Shown in pieces: positions 1-9,491 of a DNA stretch of 32,000 nucleotides. A program made the position numbers and the translations under genes. Each line of letters starts with the position of its first letter. Position 1 is the stretch's first letter. Where the stretch lies: assembly GCF_002101395.1 (NCBI RefSeq), contig NZ_CP019706.1, positions 21,126-53,125 of the forward strand. The letters are read 5' to 3'. The DNA comes from Pantoea alhagi. Its GTDB lineage: Bacteria; Pseudomonadota; Gammaproteobacteria; Enterobacterales; Enterobacteriaceae. The notes under the pieces were generated by a model. It did not search any database and had not been told where the DNA came from. It worked only from the letters and a program-made list of their open reading frames with translations.

Positions 1-217
1 CCTCCCACGGCTGGTCATCAACCATCAGCGAGACCAGCGTTAACTCGCCACCGTCCAGACGCAGCTCGGCCTGATTCGCGCCAAGGCGTTTAACCCTGCT
101 GACAGCGGTGACGCGGGTCACGCTGGCGTCCAGATTAAAGGTCAGGTCAATATCTGTGATGGTGTAATCTGGAGCCCGGTAGTCATGGCGGTACTTTACT
201 TGCGGCTTTTGCGTCAT
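1..217 (-). CDS. pepN: Aminopeptidase N, N-terminal fragment; the gene continues beyond the left window edge
   Basis: The reverse strand from the ATG at 217-215 reads MTQKPQVKYRHDYRAPDYTITDIDLTFNLDA. This closely matches the remembered E. coli PepN N-terminus (MTQQPQAKYRHDYRAPDYQITDIDLTFDLDA). It lies divergent to pncB as in E. coli. It is absent from the ORF track because it has no stop codon inside the window. Confidence 0.9.
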   Translation of the reverse strand, partial: MTQKPQVKYRHDYRAPDYTITDIDLTFNLDASVTRVTAVSRVKRLGANQAELRLDGGELTLVSLMVDDQPWE

Positions 218-469
218 AAACTCTTCTCGTATCAACAATGGTTTAACCCGCTAAGTCTATTCCGGTTGCGCCTGGCTTGCCATGTTGAAACCCAGCTTTT
301 CGCAGTTAATGCTACATCCTGTTTACAATGGCACGTTTCCTCTCGACCTCTCACCGGGTTTTATGCTGTGATCGGCTTCTATTAATCTGCTGGCAGGTTA
401 TACTTTTTATCTTTACGACCTGTATACACCTACGGAAACGCCCCGCGCGAGAGGATGCTGAAACGCACC
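218..469. promoter_or_regulatory. Divergent pepN/pncB control region with a candidate pncB -10 hexamer TATACT at 399-404
   Basis: This is a 252-bp non-coding gap between divergent genes. TATACT lies 66 nt upstream of the pncB ATG, but only a weak -35 is visible. A single TGTTTA half-site at 321-326 resembles half of a NadR box, without a convincing partner. Confidence 0.3.
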
Positions 470-1675
470 ATGACACGATACGCTTCCCCGATTTTAACCA
501 CGCTGCTTGATACCGATGCCTACAAGCTTCATATGCAACAGGCTGTGTTTCATCGTTATCACGACGTGACCGTTACCGCAGAATTCCGTTGCCGGGGCGA
601 CGATCTGTTAGGTATCTATGCCGATGAAATTAGCGCTCAGATCGCGCTGATGAGCCAGCTGGCGCTTTCTGATGATGAATACGCCTGGCTTGCTGGCCTG
701 CCCTTTTTTAAAACGGATTATCTGGACTGGCTGAAAACCTTTCGCTATAACCCGGAACAGGTAAAAGTACGCAATCATGCGGGCAAGCTGGATATTCGTA
801 TCAGCGGCCCGTGGCGCGAAGTGATTATGTGGGAAGTTCCGTTGCTGGCGGTGATTAGCGAAGTGGTTCATCGCCATCGTTCGCCGCAGGCGACGCCGGA
901 AATGGCCGTGGATCGCCTGCTGGAAAAAATCAGCAGCTTTAAACAGCTGACGCAAAATATCGATATGTCGCGCTTCCGCCTGATGGATTTCGGCACCCGA
1001 CGTCGTTTCTCGCGCGATGTGCAGTTGGCTATTGTCAGTACGCTTCAGCGCGATTTCCCGTGGCTTATCGGCTCCAGCAATTACGATATGGCTCGTCAGC
1101 TGGGGATTACGCCGGTAGGTACCCAGGCGCACGAGTGGTTCCAGGCGCATCAGCAAATCAGTCCGATATTAGCTAACAGCCAACGCGCGGCGTTGCAGGC
1201 CTGGCTGGATGAGTATGACGACAGGTTAGGCATTGCCCTGACCGATTGCATCACCATGGATGCTTTTCTGCGTGATTTCGGACCCGGCTTTGCCAATCGC
1301 TATCAGGGGCTGCGTCATGACTCGGGCGATCCGGTGGAATGGGGTGAAAAGGCACTGGCGCATTATCAAAAGCTGGGTATCGATCCGCAGACCAAAACAC
1401 TGGTGTTTTCCGATAACCTCGACTTCACCAAAGCGGTGGATCTCTATCGCCACTTTGGTCAGCGCACCAATGTTGTTTTCGGTATTGGCACCCGTCTTAC
1501 CTGCGATATTCCCGGGGTTAAGCCGCTTAATATCGTGATCAAGCTGGTGGAGTGCAACGGCAAACCGGTGGCTAAACTTTCCGACAGCCCGGGCAAAACT
1601 ATCTGCCAGGATAAAGCCTTTGTGCGCGCATTGCGTAAAGCCTTCGATCTTCCCCTGGTCAAAAAAGCCAGCTAA
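470..1675 (+). CDS. pncB: Nicotinate phosphoribosyltransferase
   Basis: The translation from the ATG at 470 ([28 protein letters not shown]...) aligns end to end with remembered E. coli PncB ([28 protein letters not shown]... KAFDLP..KKAS). The ORF-track start at 455 adds 5 residues with no homolog counterpart. Confidence 0.95.
   Translation: MTRYASPILTTLLDTDAYKLHMQQAVFHRYHDVTVTAEFRCRGDDLLGIYADEISAQIALMSQLALSDDEYAWLAGLPFFKTDYLDWLKTFRYNPEQVKVRNHAGKLDIRISGPWREVIMWEVPLLAVISEVVHRHRSPQATPEMAVDRLLEKISSFKQLTQNIDMSRFRLMDFGTRRRFSRDVQLAIVSTLQRDFPWLIGSSNYDMARQLGITPVGTQAHEWFQAHQQISPILANSQRAALQAWLDEYDDRLGIALTDCITMDAFLRDFGPGFANRYQGLRHDSGDPVEWGEKALAHYQKLGIDPQTKTLVFSDNLDFTKAVDLYRHFGQRTNVVFGIGTRLTCDIPGVKPLNIVIKLVECNGKPVAKLSDSPGKTICQDKAFVRALRKAFDLPLVKKAS
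1543..1550 (+). other. Chi site, exact GCTGGTGG on the + strand
   Basis: Exact octamer read in the sequence, inside pncB. Confidence 0.6.
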
Positions 1676-1683
1676 CGCTTATT

Positions 1684-1722
1684 GCCAGCGCGATTTTTCA
1701 GCGCGCTGGCGATTATTTTCTT
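1684..1722 (+). terminator. Intrinsic terminator downstream of pncB
   Basis: Stem GCCAGCGCG (1684-1692) pairs with CGCGCTGGC (1702-1710). It is followed by T-rich GATTATTTTCTTC, 9 nt after the pncB stop. Confidence 0.7.
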
Positions 1723-1870
1723 CTCTAATATTCATTAATTCGTGAAATAAAAAGAAAACTGTTCCCTGACGGTGAATTCTGCTTGTGTCCTGCCGGACGG
1801 CAAGTAACATAGATTAGCCCTAAATTCGGGGTTAACCTGTTTATTTTCGAACTAATAAAGAGAGAACTTT

Positions 1871-3271
1871 ATGAGCGTAGTGCCTGTAGCGGACGTACTG
1901 CTCGGCCAGGTTGCGGTTGGCGAAGAAGTCACCGTGCGCGGTTGGGTACGTACCCGAAGAGATTCAAAAGCCGGTATTTCCTTTGTCGCCGTGTATGACG
2001 GCTCCTGCTTTAATCCCGTTCAGGCTGTCGTCAATAATTCTCTGCCTAATTACCAGAGCGAAGTGCTGCGTTTAACGACCGGTTGTTCCGTTATCGTCAC
2101 GGGCAACGTAGTTGAATCTCCGGGCCAGGGACAGAGTTTTGAGATTCAGGCGACGGCTATTGAGGTGGTGGGCTGGGTAGAAGATCCCGATACCTATCCG
2201 ATGGCGGCAAAACGCCACAGTATTGAGTATCTGCGCGAAGTTGCTCACCTGCGTCCGCGTACCAATCTCATTGGCGCCGTTGCGCGCGTGCGCCATACGC
2301 TGGCTCAGGCGCTGCACCGCTTTTTCCATGAAAATGGTTACTTCTGGGTTTCCACGCCGCTGATCACCGCATCCGATACCGAAGGTGCCGGTGAAATGTT
2401 CCGCGTTTCCACGCTGGATTTAGAAAACCTGCCGCGCGATGCGCAGGGCAAAGTTGATTTCAATGAAGATTTTTTCGGTAAGGAAGCGTTCCTGACGGTT
2501 TCCGGGCAGCTGAATGGCGAAACCTACGCCTGCGCCTTATCAAAAATCTACACCTTTGGCCCAACCTTCCGTGCCGAAAACTCCAATACCAGTCGCCACC
2601 TGGCGGAATTCTGGATGCTGGAACCGGAAATTGCGTTTGCTTCGCTCGACGATGCAGCGGATCTGGCGGAAGCGATGCTGAAGTATGTCTTTAAAGCGGT
2701 GTTAAGCGAGCGTGCAGACGATATGGCGTTCTTTGCTGAGCGCGTTGATAAAGAAGCCGTTAGCCGCCTGGAGAAATTCGTCACGGCAGATTTCGCTCGC
2801 GTCGATTACACCGATGCTATCGATATTCTGCTGGCCAGCGGTCAGACGTTTGAAAACCCGGTTGAGTGGGGTATTGACCTCTCTTCCGAACATGAACGCT
2901 ATCTGGCGGAAAAACACTTCCAGGGACCGGTTGTGGTGAAAAACTATCCTAAAGACATTAAAGCTTTTTATATGCGCCTTAATGAAGATGGTAAAACCGT
3001 GGCGGCGATGGATGTGCTGGCGCCAGGCATTGGTGAAATTATCGGTGGTTCACAGCGTGAAGAGCGTCTGGATGTGCTGGACCAGCGTCTCAGTGAAATG
3101 GGCCTGAATAAAGAAGATTACTGGTGGTATCGCGACCTGCGTCGTTATGGCACCGTGCCCCACTCTGGTTTTGGCTTAGGCTTTGAACGTTTGATCGCTT
3201 ATGTCACCGGTGTACAAAATGTAAGGGATGTTATTCCTTTCCCACGCACACCGCGTAATGCCAGTTTCTAA
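1871..3271 (+). CDS. asnS: Asparagine--tRNA ligase
   Basis: The 466-aa product has the same length as E. coli AsnS and is near-identical to it ([10 protein letters not shown]... [10 protein letters not shown]). Class II aaRS motifs are present ([28 protein letters not shown]). Confidence 0.97.
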   Translation: MSVVPVADVLLGQVAVGEEVTVRGWVRTRRDSKAGISFVAVYDGSCFNPVQAVVNNSLPNYQSEVLRLTTGCSVIVTGNVVESPGQGQSFEIQATAIEVVGWVEDPDTYPMAAKRHSIEYLREVAHLRPRTNLIGAVARVRHTLAQALHRFFHENGYFWVSTPLITASDTEGAGEMFRVSTLDLENLPRDAQGKVDFNEDFFGKEAFLTVSGQLNGETYACALSKIYTFGPTFRAENSNTSRHLAEFWMLEPEIAFASLDDAADLAEAMLKYVFKAVLSERADDMAFFAERVDKEAVSRLEKFVTADFARVDYTDAIDILLASGQTFENPVEWGIDLSSEHERYLAEKHFQGPVVVKNYPKDIKAFYMRLNEDGKTVAAMDVLAPGIGEIIGGSQREERLDVLDQRLSEMGLNKEDYWWYRDLRRYGTVPHSGFGLGFERLIAYVTGVQNVRDVIPFPRTPRNASF

Positions 3272-3308
3272 AAACTGTCATTAAATATAAGAAATTCATA
3301 TATATATG

Positions 3309-3340
3309 AAGGCTGACTCTGTCAGCCTTTTTTTATTTTT
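3309..3340 (+). terminator. Intrinsic terminator downstream of asnS
   Basis: Stem AAGGCTGAC (3309-3317), loop TCT, stem GTCAGCCTT (3321-3329), followed by TTTTTTTATTTTT. Confidence 0.85.
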
Positions 3341-3370
3341 GTAAATTTTGAGATATCTCACAAAGTTCCG

Positions 3371-3440
3371 TTAATTTTACATTTTGTAATACATATTTTC
3401 TTTCTGAAACCACTATTAGGGTTTAGTAGCATTTTCGAGG
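3371..3440 (+). promoter_or_regulatory. ompF upstream activator region with tandem OmpR-box-like repeats (equivalent of F1-F2-F3)
   Basis: The sequence TTTACATTTTGTAATACATATTTTCTTTCTGAAACCACTATTAGGGTTTAGTAGCATTTT is colinear with the remembered E. coli ompF F1-F3 OmpR sites (TTTACTTTTGGTTACATATTTTTTCTTTTTGAAACCAAATCTTTATCTTTGTAGCACTTT). The conserved block AATGGAAAGATGCCTGCAGACAC follows. Confidence 0.65.
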
Positions 3441-3552
3441 TAGAATTACCTGGCGGCGAATGGAAAGATGCCTGCAGACACAGGAAGACACCAAACTCTG
3501 ATCAAGCCTTTGTAAATAATTCTTGACGGCAGTGGCAGGTGTCCAAATAACT

Positions 3553-3585
3553 CCAATGAGGGTAATAAAAAATGATGAAGCGCAA
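3553..3585 (+). promoter_or_regulatory. ompF translation-initiation region, the conserved target of the MicF antisense sRNA
   Basis: CCAATGAGGGTAATAAAAAATGATGAAGCGCAA is almost identical to the E. coli ompF SD/start region that pairs with MicF. The SD GAGGG lies at 3558-3562. Confidence 0.5.
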
Positions 3586-4711
3586 CATTCTGGCAGTGGT
3601 TATCCCTGCTCTGTTAGCTGCCGGTGCAGCCAATGCAGCAGAAATTTATAATAAAGACGGTAACAAGCTGGATCTGTACGGTAAAGCAGTTGGCCTGCAT
3701 TACTTTTCTGACGATAGTGGCAATGATGGCGATCAAACTTACGTTCGCTTCGGTTTTAAGGGCGAAACTCAGATCAATGACCAGCTGACCGGTTTCGGCC
3801 AGTGGGAATATAACGTTCAGGCAAACAATTCTGAAGGTTCTGACGCTCAGGATGGTAACAAAACCCGTCTGGGCTTTGCTGGCCTGAAATTCGGCGACTT
3901 CGGTTCAATCGATTACGGTCGTAACTACGGCGTAGTATATGACGCTATTGGCTGGACCGATATGCTGCCGGAGTTCGGTGGTGATTCAAGTTACTCCGAT
4001 AACTTCATGAACGGTCGTAGCACCGGTCTGCTGACTTACCGCAACACCAACTTCTTTGGTCTGGTTGATGGCTGGAACTTCGCCGTTCAGTATCAGGGCA
4101 AAAACGAGCGTGATGATGCCCGTCGTTCTAACGGTGACGGCTGGGGTGTTTCAACCTCTTATGAAACACCAATCGGTGTAGGCTTTGCAGCTGGCTATAG
4201 TGCTAGTGACCGTACTAACCAGCAGAGCACTGGTATTTATAATGTTCAAGACTCCAACGGTAACAACGTGAGTCCAGCAGTTACCCGTACTTATGGTCAG
4301 GGTAAAACTGCTGAGTCTTGGGCAACAGCGCTGAAATACGATGCTAACAACATTTACCTGGCAGCTATGTACGGCGAAACGCGTAATGCGACTCCGTTCA
4401 CTGCTTCCCTGGGTGGTGGTGATAGCGTGTTTGGTTTTGCAAATAAAGCGCAAAACTTTGAAGTTGTTGCTCAGTACCAGTTCGACTTCGGTCTGCGTCC
4501 GTCTATCGCCTACGTTCAGTCTAAAGGCAAAGACATTGAAGGTATCGGCGATACTGACCTGATCAAATATGTTGATGTGGGCGCAACCTACTACTTCAAC
4601 AAAAACATGTCTACCTACGTTGACTACCGTATCAACCAGCTGGATGATGATAACGCGCTGGGTCTGAATACTGATGATATCGTAGCACTGGGCCTGGTTT
4701 ACCAGTTCTAA
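3572..4711 (+). CDS. ompF: Outer-membrane general porin OmpF, 16-stranded trimeric porin family
   Basis: The signal peptide [22 protein letters not shown] is followed by [16 protein letters not shown], and the C-terminus ends VYQF. Conserved porin blocks are present ([36 protein letters not shown]). The position between asnS and aspC and the conserved ompF promoter favour ompF over ompC or phoE. Confidence 0.9.
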   Translation: MMKRNILAVVIPALLAAGAANAAEIYNKDGNKLDLYGKAVGLHYFSDDSGNDGDQTYVRFGFKGETQINDQLTGFGQWEYNVQANNSEGSDAQDGNKTRLGFAGLKFGDFGSIDYGRNYGVVYDAIGWTDMLPEFGGDSSYSDNFMNGRSTGLLTYRNTNFFGLVDGWNFAVQYQGKNERDDARRSNGDGWGVSTSYETPIGVGFAAGYSASDRTNQQSTGIYNVQDSNGNNVSPAVTRTYGQGKTAESWATALKYDANNIYLAAMYGETRNATPFTASLGGGDSVFGFANKAQNFEVVAQYQFDFGLRPSIAYVQSKGKDIEGIGDTDLIKYVDVGATYYFNKNMSTYVDYRINQLDDDNALGLNTDDIVALGLVYQF

Positions 4712-4748
4712 GTCCGCCTGCCGCAGAGCATATTGCGCTGCTAAGGTT

Positions 4749-4780
4749 AAAAAACGGGGCCAAAGGCCCCGTTTTTATTT
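4749..4780 (+). terminator. Intrinsic terminator downstream of ompF
   Basis: Stem AAAAACGGGGCC (4750-4761), loop AAA, stem GGCCCCGTTTTT (4765-4776), then ATTT. Confidence 0.9.
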
Positions 4781-4897
4781 GCCCTCTTCCCGCACTTCTG
4801 TTCACTATTCTTTTTCTCGCAAACGGTTGGCTTTTCAACTTTCTGGCGTTAACCTGAGGCTTCATTTCGCTTTTCTTGAAGCTTACGGACCTCTCAC

Positions 4898-6088
4898 ATG
4901 TTTGAAAATATCACTGCTGCACCCGCCGATCCCATTCTTGGTTTAGCCGATCTTTTCCGCAACGATGACCGCCCGAATAAAATCAACCTTGGCATCGGTG
5001 TCTATAAAGATGAAACCGGGCAAACGCCGGTATTAACCAGCGTTAAAAAAGCCGAGCAGTACCTGCTGGAAAACGAAACCACGAAAAATTATCTCAGCAT
5101 TGATGGCCTGGCTGACTTTGCCCGCTGCACCCAGACACTGCTGTTTGGACAGGAGAGCGCCATTGTTAGCGCAAAACGCGCCCGCACGGCCCAGACGCCA
5201 GGCGGAACCGGTGCCCTGCGCGTAGCCGCCGATTTTTTAGCGACGCAAACCAGCGCAAAACGCGTCTGGATCAGCAACCCCAGCTGGCCAAACCATAAAA
5301 ACGTCTTCAGCGCTGCCGGTCTCGAAGTATGCGAATATGATTATTATGATGCAGAGAACCATCAGCTCGATTTTGACGCGATGCTGGCCAGCCTGCGTGG
5401 TGCTAAAGCAGGAGACGTAGTGCTGTTTCACGGCTGCTGTCACAACCCAACGGGTATTGATCCTACCGCAGAACAGTGGGCCCAGCTGGCGCAGCTGTCA
5501 AAGGCGAGTGGCTGGCTGCCGCTGTTTGATTTTGCCTATCAGGGCTTTGCGCGTGGCCTGGAAGAAGATGCCGAAGGCCTGAGAATTTTTGCTGCCTGCC
5601 ATGAAGAACTCATCGTCGCCAGTTCATACTCCAAAAACTTTGGTCTTTATAATGAGCGCGTGGGTGCCTTTACACTGGTCGCGGCAGATGCCAGCGTAGC
5701 CGATACCGCGTTCAGCCAGGTTAAATATACTATCCGCGCAAACTATTCTAATCCTCCGGCGCATGGTGCCGCCGTTGTTGCCACCATTCTTGGTAATGAT
5801 GCGCTGCGTGCGATTTGGGAGCAGGAGTTAACGGATATGCGTCAGCGCATTCATCGCATGCGTCAGCTGTTTGTGAATACGCTCCAGGAAAAAGGCGCTA
5901 ACCGCGATTTCAGCTTCATTACACATCAGAACGGGATGTTCTCTTTTAGCGGGCTGAGTAAAGATCAGGTGATTCGCCTGCGTGAAGAGTTTGGCGTTTA
6001 TGCAGTGAATTCAGGACGTGTTAACGTAGCTGGCATGACGCCAGATAATATGGCCGCCCTGTGCGAAGCAATCGTTGCGGTTTTATAA
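4898..6088 (+). CDS. aspC: Aspartate aminotransferase (PLP-dependent)
   Basis: The 396-aa product has the same length as E. coli AspC ([21 protein letters not shown]... CEAIVAVL). The PLP-lysine motif [15 protein letters not shown] is present. Confidence 0.97.
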   Translation: MFENITAAPADPILGLADLFRNDDRPNKINLGIGVYKDETGQTPVLTSVKKAEQYLLENETTKNYLSIDGLADFARCTQTLLFGQESAIVSAKRARTAQTPGGTGALRVAADFLATQTSAKRVWISNPSWPNHKNVFSAAGLEVCEYDYYDAENHQLDFDAMLASLRGAKAGDVVLFHGCCHNPTGIDPTAEQWAQLAQLSKASGWLPLFDFAYQGFARGLEEDAEGLRIFAACHEELIVASSYSKNFGLYNERVGAFTLVAADASVADTAFSQVKYTIRANYSNPPAHGAAVVATILGNDALRAIWEQELTDMRQRIHRMRQLFVNTLQEKGANRDFSFITHQNGMFSFSGLSKDQVIRLREEFGVYAVNSGRVNVAGMTPDNMAALCEAIVAVL

Positions 6089-6098
6089 AACGATGACG

Positions 6099-6129
6099 TA
6101 AAAAATGGGCCTGCGGGCCCATTTTTTAT
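6099..6129. terminator. Bidirectional intrinsic terminator shared by the convergent genes aspC and ycbL/gloC
   Basis: AAAAAATGGGCC-TGCG-GGCCCATTTTTT forms a GC stem flanked by an A-run on one side and a T-run on the other. It gives a hairpin plus U-tract on both strands and sits directly between the two stop codons. Confidence 0.9.
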
Positions 6130-6759
6130 TCAGATTAAAAAAGGATTACTGATACGCTCACGGCCTAAAGTGGATATTGGCCCATGACCAGGAATGAAGG
6201 TGATATTATCGCCAAGCGGCAGCAGCTTATTTTTAATGGAATCAATCAGCGCCTGGTGACTACCCTGTGGGAAATCTGTACGACCTACGCCGCCGTTAAA
6301 AATAACGTCGCCGGATATCAATAACCGCCCGGCACGGTGATAAAAAACAATATGACCGGGTGTATGGCCAGGACAGTGCAAAACTTCCAACGTCGCATTG
6401 CCAACCTGTGCCGTCTCCCCTTCTTCCAGCCAGCGATCGGGCGTAAGCGGCGCGCATTCTGCAAGACCAAACATTTGACTTTGCGTTGGCAAAGCTTCCA
6501 GCCAGAAGGCATCGAGTTTGTGCGGCCCGATAATTTCTACGCCATAATAAGCGGCCAGCTCAGCGGCGGCTCCTACATGATCCAGATGACCATGGGTGAG
6601 CAATATGGCAGTTATCGTGACCTTCTTCGCTTCAACCTGTTGTTTAATTAATTCCGCATCGCCGCCGGGATCGACCAGCGCAGCCTCAAGCGTTTCACTG
6701 CACCAAACTAACGAGCAGTTCTGCGCGAATGCCGTTACGGTAATAATATGATAATCCAT
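6130..6759 (-). CDS. gloC: Metallo-beta-lactamase-fold hydrolase, YcbL/GloC-type glyoxalase II
   Basis: [20 protein letters not shown]... aligns with E. coli YcbL ([20 protein letters not shown]...). The HxHxDH motif (THGHLDHVG) and HCPGHTPGH are present. A GGAG SD lies upstream of the ATG at 6759. Confidence 0.9.
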   Translation of the reverse strand: MDYHIITVTAFAQNCSLVWCSETLEAALVDPGGDAELIKQQVEAKKVTITAILLTHGHLDHVGAAAELAAYYGVEIIGPHKLDAFWLEALPTQSQMFGLAECAPLTPDRWLEEGETAQVGNATLEVLHCPGHTPGHIVFYHRAGRLLISGDVIFNGGVGRTDFPQGSHQALIDSIKNKLLPLGDNITFIPGHGPISTLGRERISNPFLI

Positions 6760-6798
6760 AAAGCTCCATGACCCGCACAGCTGGCGGGGTTCTCTGCA

Positions 6799-7353
6799 TT
6801 ACCAGTGGCGCACCGGCCCGGTATCAATATGCACAAAGTTACTACGTGGATAATATCCTACACCACCAGCACGCATTTTTAGCGCCGCTTTGCGTATATT
6901 GCTCAGAGAAATCCCTTCAATATGAAAATCCATCGCCTGGCCAAGAGTGTGATAACTATGTTTTGCTACCCCACTGCGCTTACTTTTGCCACGCAGCATA
7001 TTATTGGTGGCTAAAGAGCGATAACCGGAAATAAGCTGAATGGGTTTACGATTTTCAAGCATTGCCTGTAATCGATAAAGCTGATCGAACAGCCTGGGGT
7101 CGATATTTTTAACTTTATTTGCCCGATAATCGCGGAAAAAGTGATTCAACCGCGCCAGCTCATCCTGATCGTAACTTTGCCCATTAAAAAACTCGGTTTT
7201 CAGCGTTTCACCGGTGTGAAGATTGTTCAGCGTAAGGATACGAGGACGAGAAGTCGAAACAGAGGCAAGAGCTGAGCCTGGAAGTAGCGCAAGCCCTGCT
7301 GCCGCACCACCTAAAACCAGCAGCTTACGACGTTGTGGATCAAAATTAGCCAT
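6799..7353 (-). CDS. mepK: Peptidoglycan L,D-endopeptidase MepK (YcbK, peptidase M15A) with a Tat-type signal
   Basis: RPRILTLNNLHTGE...FFRDYRANK...SYHTLGQAMDFHI...GGVGYYPRSNFVHIDTGPVRHW closely matches E. coli YcbK. The N-terminus carries a twin-arginine motif (QRRKLLVLGGAAAGLALLPGSALA). Confidence 0.92.
   Translation of the reverse strand: MANFDPQRRKLLVLGGAAAGLALLPGSALASVSTSRPRILTLNNLHTGETLKTEFFNGQSYDQDELARLNHFFRDYRANKVKNIDPRLFDQLYRLQAMLENRKPIQLISGYRSLATNNMLRGKSKRSGVAKHSYHTLGQAMDFHIEGISLSNIRKAALKMRAGGVGYYPRSNFVHIDTGPVRHW
6863..6870 (-). other. Chi site, GCTGGTGG on the - strand
   Basis: Exact CCACCAGC read on the + strand, inside mepK. Confidence 0.6.
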
Positions 7354-7409
7354 AAATTGCGTTTACCTGAGAAAAGAAAGCGAACCGTGCAAAAAGTACA
7401 CAAGCCCGC

Positions 7410-7438
7410 ACCTTAACCGCCACTCCGGATGACGTCAA
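7410..7438 (-). promoter_or_regulatory. Candidate sigma70 promoter for mepK
   Basis: The reverse strand reads TTGACG-17 nt-TAAGGT, about 57 nt upstream of the mepK ATG. This is a pattern match only. Confidence 0.35.
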
Positions 7439-7486
7439 GGTAGTAAACGGCAGTAATGTGAGGATAAACGAAAATGCAGGCGATAA

Positions 7487-7516
7487 CCCGACTGCCAGAA
7501 ATAACCGACAGTCGGG
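7487..7516 (-). terminator. Hairpin downstream of ldtD, a possible weak terminator
   Basis: CCCGACTG (7487-7494) pairs with CAGTCGGG (7509-7516), with a 14-nt loop. On the - strand it is followed only by TTATCGCC, a poor U-tract. Confidence 0.3.
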
Positions 7517-7538
7517 AAAAAGTTTACTGAATCAATAA

Positions 7539-9344
7539 TTAAAGCAGGAGTTGGCCCGCCTGTGCCAGAATACGCGTGCCTGACTGCGCAGGGGTATCGT
7601 AATTGTAAATATCTGTGCGGAACTGTGTCTTACCGTCATCCGATACCCAGGCTGTGAGATAAAAGAGATTTACCGGGACATGATGGCGAACAGGAACATA
7701 ACGCGTATCGCCCTGCTGTAAACTACTGGATATACGCGCCTTATCCCAGCCTGCATTCTGCAGCAGCAAATTGGCTAATTCCGAAGCCTTATTTACCCGC
7801 ACGCAGCCAGAACTCAGCGCGCGAATATCTTTCTGGAAAAGATTATGGTTTGGCGTGTCATGCAAATAGATAGCATCAGAGCTGGGCATATTAAATTTAA
7901 AACGTCCCAGCGAATTATGAGCGCCAGGTGCCTGACGTATGCGATAGGGGAATGTGGCCGCTGAGACCATACTCCAGTCAATCATGCTGGGATCGATAAC
8001 CTCCGCATCATTACTCCAGCCGGAAAGCAAGGTATAGCCGTGCTGATAAAGATAAGAGGGATCGCGTTTAACTTTGGGAATAATATCCTGTCGTACCAGT
8101 GTAGTAGGCACATTCCATGGCGGATTTAGCACCACATTATTTAAAGCGCTGCGCATCAGCGGCGTTTTACGGTCGGGACGCCCTACAATCACGCGGGACG
8201 ATAAGATTTCATTGCCGTCCGCGTAATAGACCAGCGAATAGTTGGCGATATTCACCATGATGCCATTACGCATATCATCCGGCAGCAGGCGCAAACGCTG
8301 GATGTTCAGCGCCAGCAGCGAGGCTCGCAGCTGCGGCGACACATTAAGCCATTCGCGCGTGCGCGGACCAATTGCCCCGTCGGCTTGCAGACCCTGCCAA
8401 CGCTGAAAGCGCTTTACCGCCTCAATCAGTGTGGGACCATAAATATTGTCGTTTGTCGCCACCGGTTGTGAAGAGGTGACATTGCCTGGCGCATCTGGCG
8501 TGGACGCTGGCATATCAGCCACAGGTGTTGCAGAAGGGCTTACCACAGCCAGACGATCGCTCTGTGAGGGATTGGCTGCTTCCGCATCCTCATTCGGCGC
8601 TGGCGCGTCATCCTGTGTCGACAGCATGCCGGTACGCTGCAGGATCTCCTTTAACGCCGGAACATCATCGCTGATCTGCCCGGGACGCAGCGTCTGTTTA
8701 TCTTTCAGCTGCGGCCAGGGATGGTTATCCGCCAGTAACTGCTTCAGCGCATTATGCATTGGGGTATATTGAGGATGCTGCGGAACTAACGAATTTACGA
8801 AGTGGGTCAACTGCCCGGCGTCAACCGCCGCCAGCCACTGGTTAGTAACCGAAAGCGGCGGCAGCGCCATTTTGTAAGGCACGCGGCTATAGAGCCAGCT
8901 TTCACCCTGCTTCGGCACGTTAGCAACAAATTGCAGGTAACCCAGCATTGCGTCCGATAAAACAATATCGCGCGCCATACCGGTGATCTCAGGATCGGTT
9001 AATAGCTCTACCCAGCGGGTAAACTGCGGCTGAACCCCGGAAATTGCCACTTCCGCCAGCTGCTGCTGGAAGTGCTGCACCGCTTCTTTTTCCTGCCAGA
9101 CAGGCTGCATCTGGCGGGCAGCGTATAAAGATGCCAGCGAGCCGGTGTAAAAAGGCTTAACGCCCTGTGGCAATGCGGCCAACATTTGCTGTTGTCCTGC
9201 AGCCGCGCTCATGGATTCACCGGCTCTTTCTACCGGCACGGCCGTAATAATTGCCGCCGCAGCGGTTGATATCTGTACCAGGCTGATTGCAACTGCCCAA
9301 GCCAGCGTTGTTTTCTTCAGTGCTTGATATTTTGCCAGCAACAT
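7539..9344 (-). CDS. ldtD: L,D-transpeptidase LdtD (YcbB), which forms 3-3 peptidoglycan cross-links
   Basis: The YkuD catalytic block is present ([23 protein letters not shown]), as is a PG-binding domain ([25 protein letters not shown]). The start is chosen at the ATG at 9344-9342, giving [31 protein letters not shown], which looks like a signal peptide. The ORF-track start at 9440 is a TTG codon inside the AT-rich promoter and terminator region. Confidence 0.88.
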   Translation of the reverse strand: MLLAKYQALKKTTLAWAVAISLVQISTAAAAIITAVPVERAGESMSAAAGQQQMLAALPQGVKPFYTGSLASLYAARQMQPVWQEKEAVQHFQQQLAEVAISGVQPQFTRWVELLTDPEITGMARDIVLSDAMLGYLQFVANVPKQGESWLYSRVPYKMALPPLSVTNQWLAAVDAGQLTHFVNSLVPQHPQYTPMHNALKQLLADNHPWPQLKDKQTLRPGQISDDVPALKEILQRTGMLSTQDDAPAPNEDAEAANPSQSDRLAVVSPSATPVADMPASTPDAPGNVTSSQPVATNDNIYGPTLIEAVKRFQRWQGLQADGAIGPRTREWLNVSPQLRASLLALNIQRLRLLPDDMRNGIMVNIANYSLVYYADGNEILSSRVIVGRPDRKTPLMRSALNNVVLNPPWNVPTTLVRQDIIPKVKRDPSYLYQHGYTLLSGWSNDAEVIDPSMIDWSMVSAATFPYRIRQAPGAHNSLGRFKFNMPSSDAIYLHDTPNHNLFQKDIRALSSGCVRVNKASELANLLLQNAGWDKARISSSLQQGDTRYVPVRHHVPVNLFYLTAWVSDDGKTQFRTDIYNYDTPAQSGTRILAQAGQLLL

Positions 9345-9420
9345 CCTTGCCCCCTGCCTGCTTTGGTCCGAGGTTAATACACTCTCAGGACTGTTAATTA
9401 TTATAATAAGTATATAAACG

Positions 9421-9458
9421 AACAACGGCATTTGTCTCAAAGAGCAAATGCCGTTGTT
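9421..9458 (-). terminator. Intrinsic terminator downstream of mukB
   Basis: A 14-bp perfect stem, AACAACGGCATTTG (9421-9434) with CAAATGCCGTTGTT (9445-9458), lies 34 nt after the mukB stop. On the - strand it is followed by CGTTTATATACTTATT. Confidence 0.75.
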
Positions 9459-9491
9459 TAGATTAAACGCGAGGCAACCGTTTTACTACAT

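Noticed and set aside
320-341. A possible NadR (NAD box) operator upstream of pncB, seen as TGTTTACAATGGCACGTTTCC.
   Set aside because: Only one TGTTTA half-site is clear and the expected inverted TAAACA partner is missing. I cannot support an operator call from the sequence alone.
185-510. Two short + strand ORFs (66 and 60 aa) in the pepN-pncB intergenic region.
   Set aside because: One begins antisense inside pepN and the other runs out of frame into pncB. Neither has an SD, and both have an implausible composition.
608-1156. A 182-aa - strand ORF inside pncB, and similar antisense ORFs in asnS, aspC, mukF (14805-15410), cmoM, kdsB, ycaQ, aroA and serC.
   Set aside because: Each lies wholly within and antisense to a strongly supported gene. 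None has recognisable domains.
6130-6759. The MBL-fold gene as an acquired beta-lactamase or resistance determinant.
   Set aside because: It is colinear with chromosomal YcbL/GloC (glyoxalase II-type hydrolase). It lies at the conserved aspC-ycbK locus and has no signal peptide or mobile context.
9345-9440. A 5' extension of ldtD to 633 aa ([20 protein letters not shown]...).
   Set aside because: The extension starts at a TTG codon inside the mukB terminator hairpin and the AT-rich promoter. The ATG at 9344 gives a proper signal peptide.
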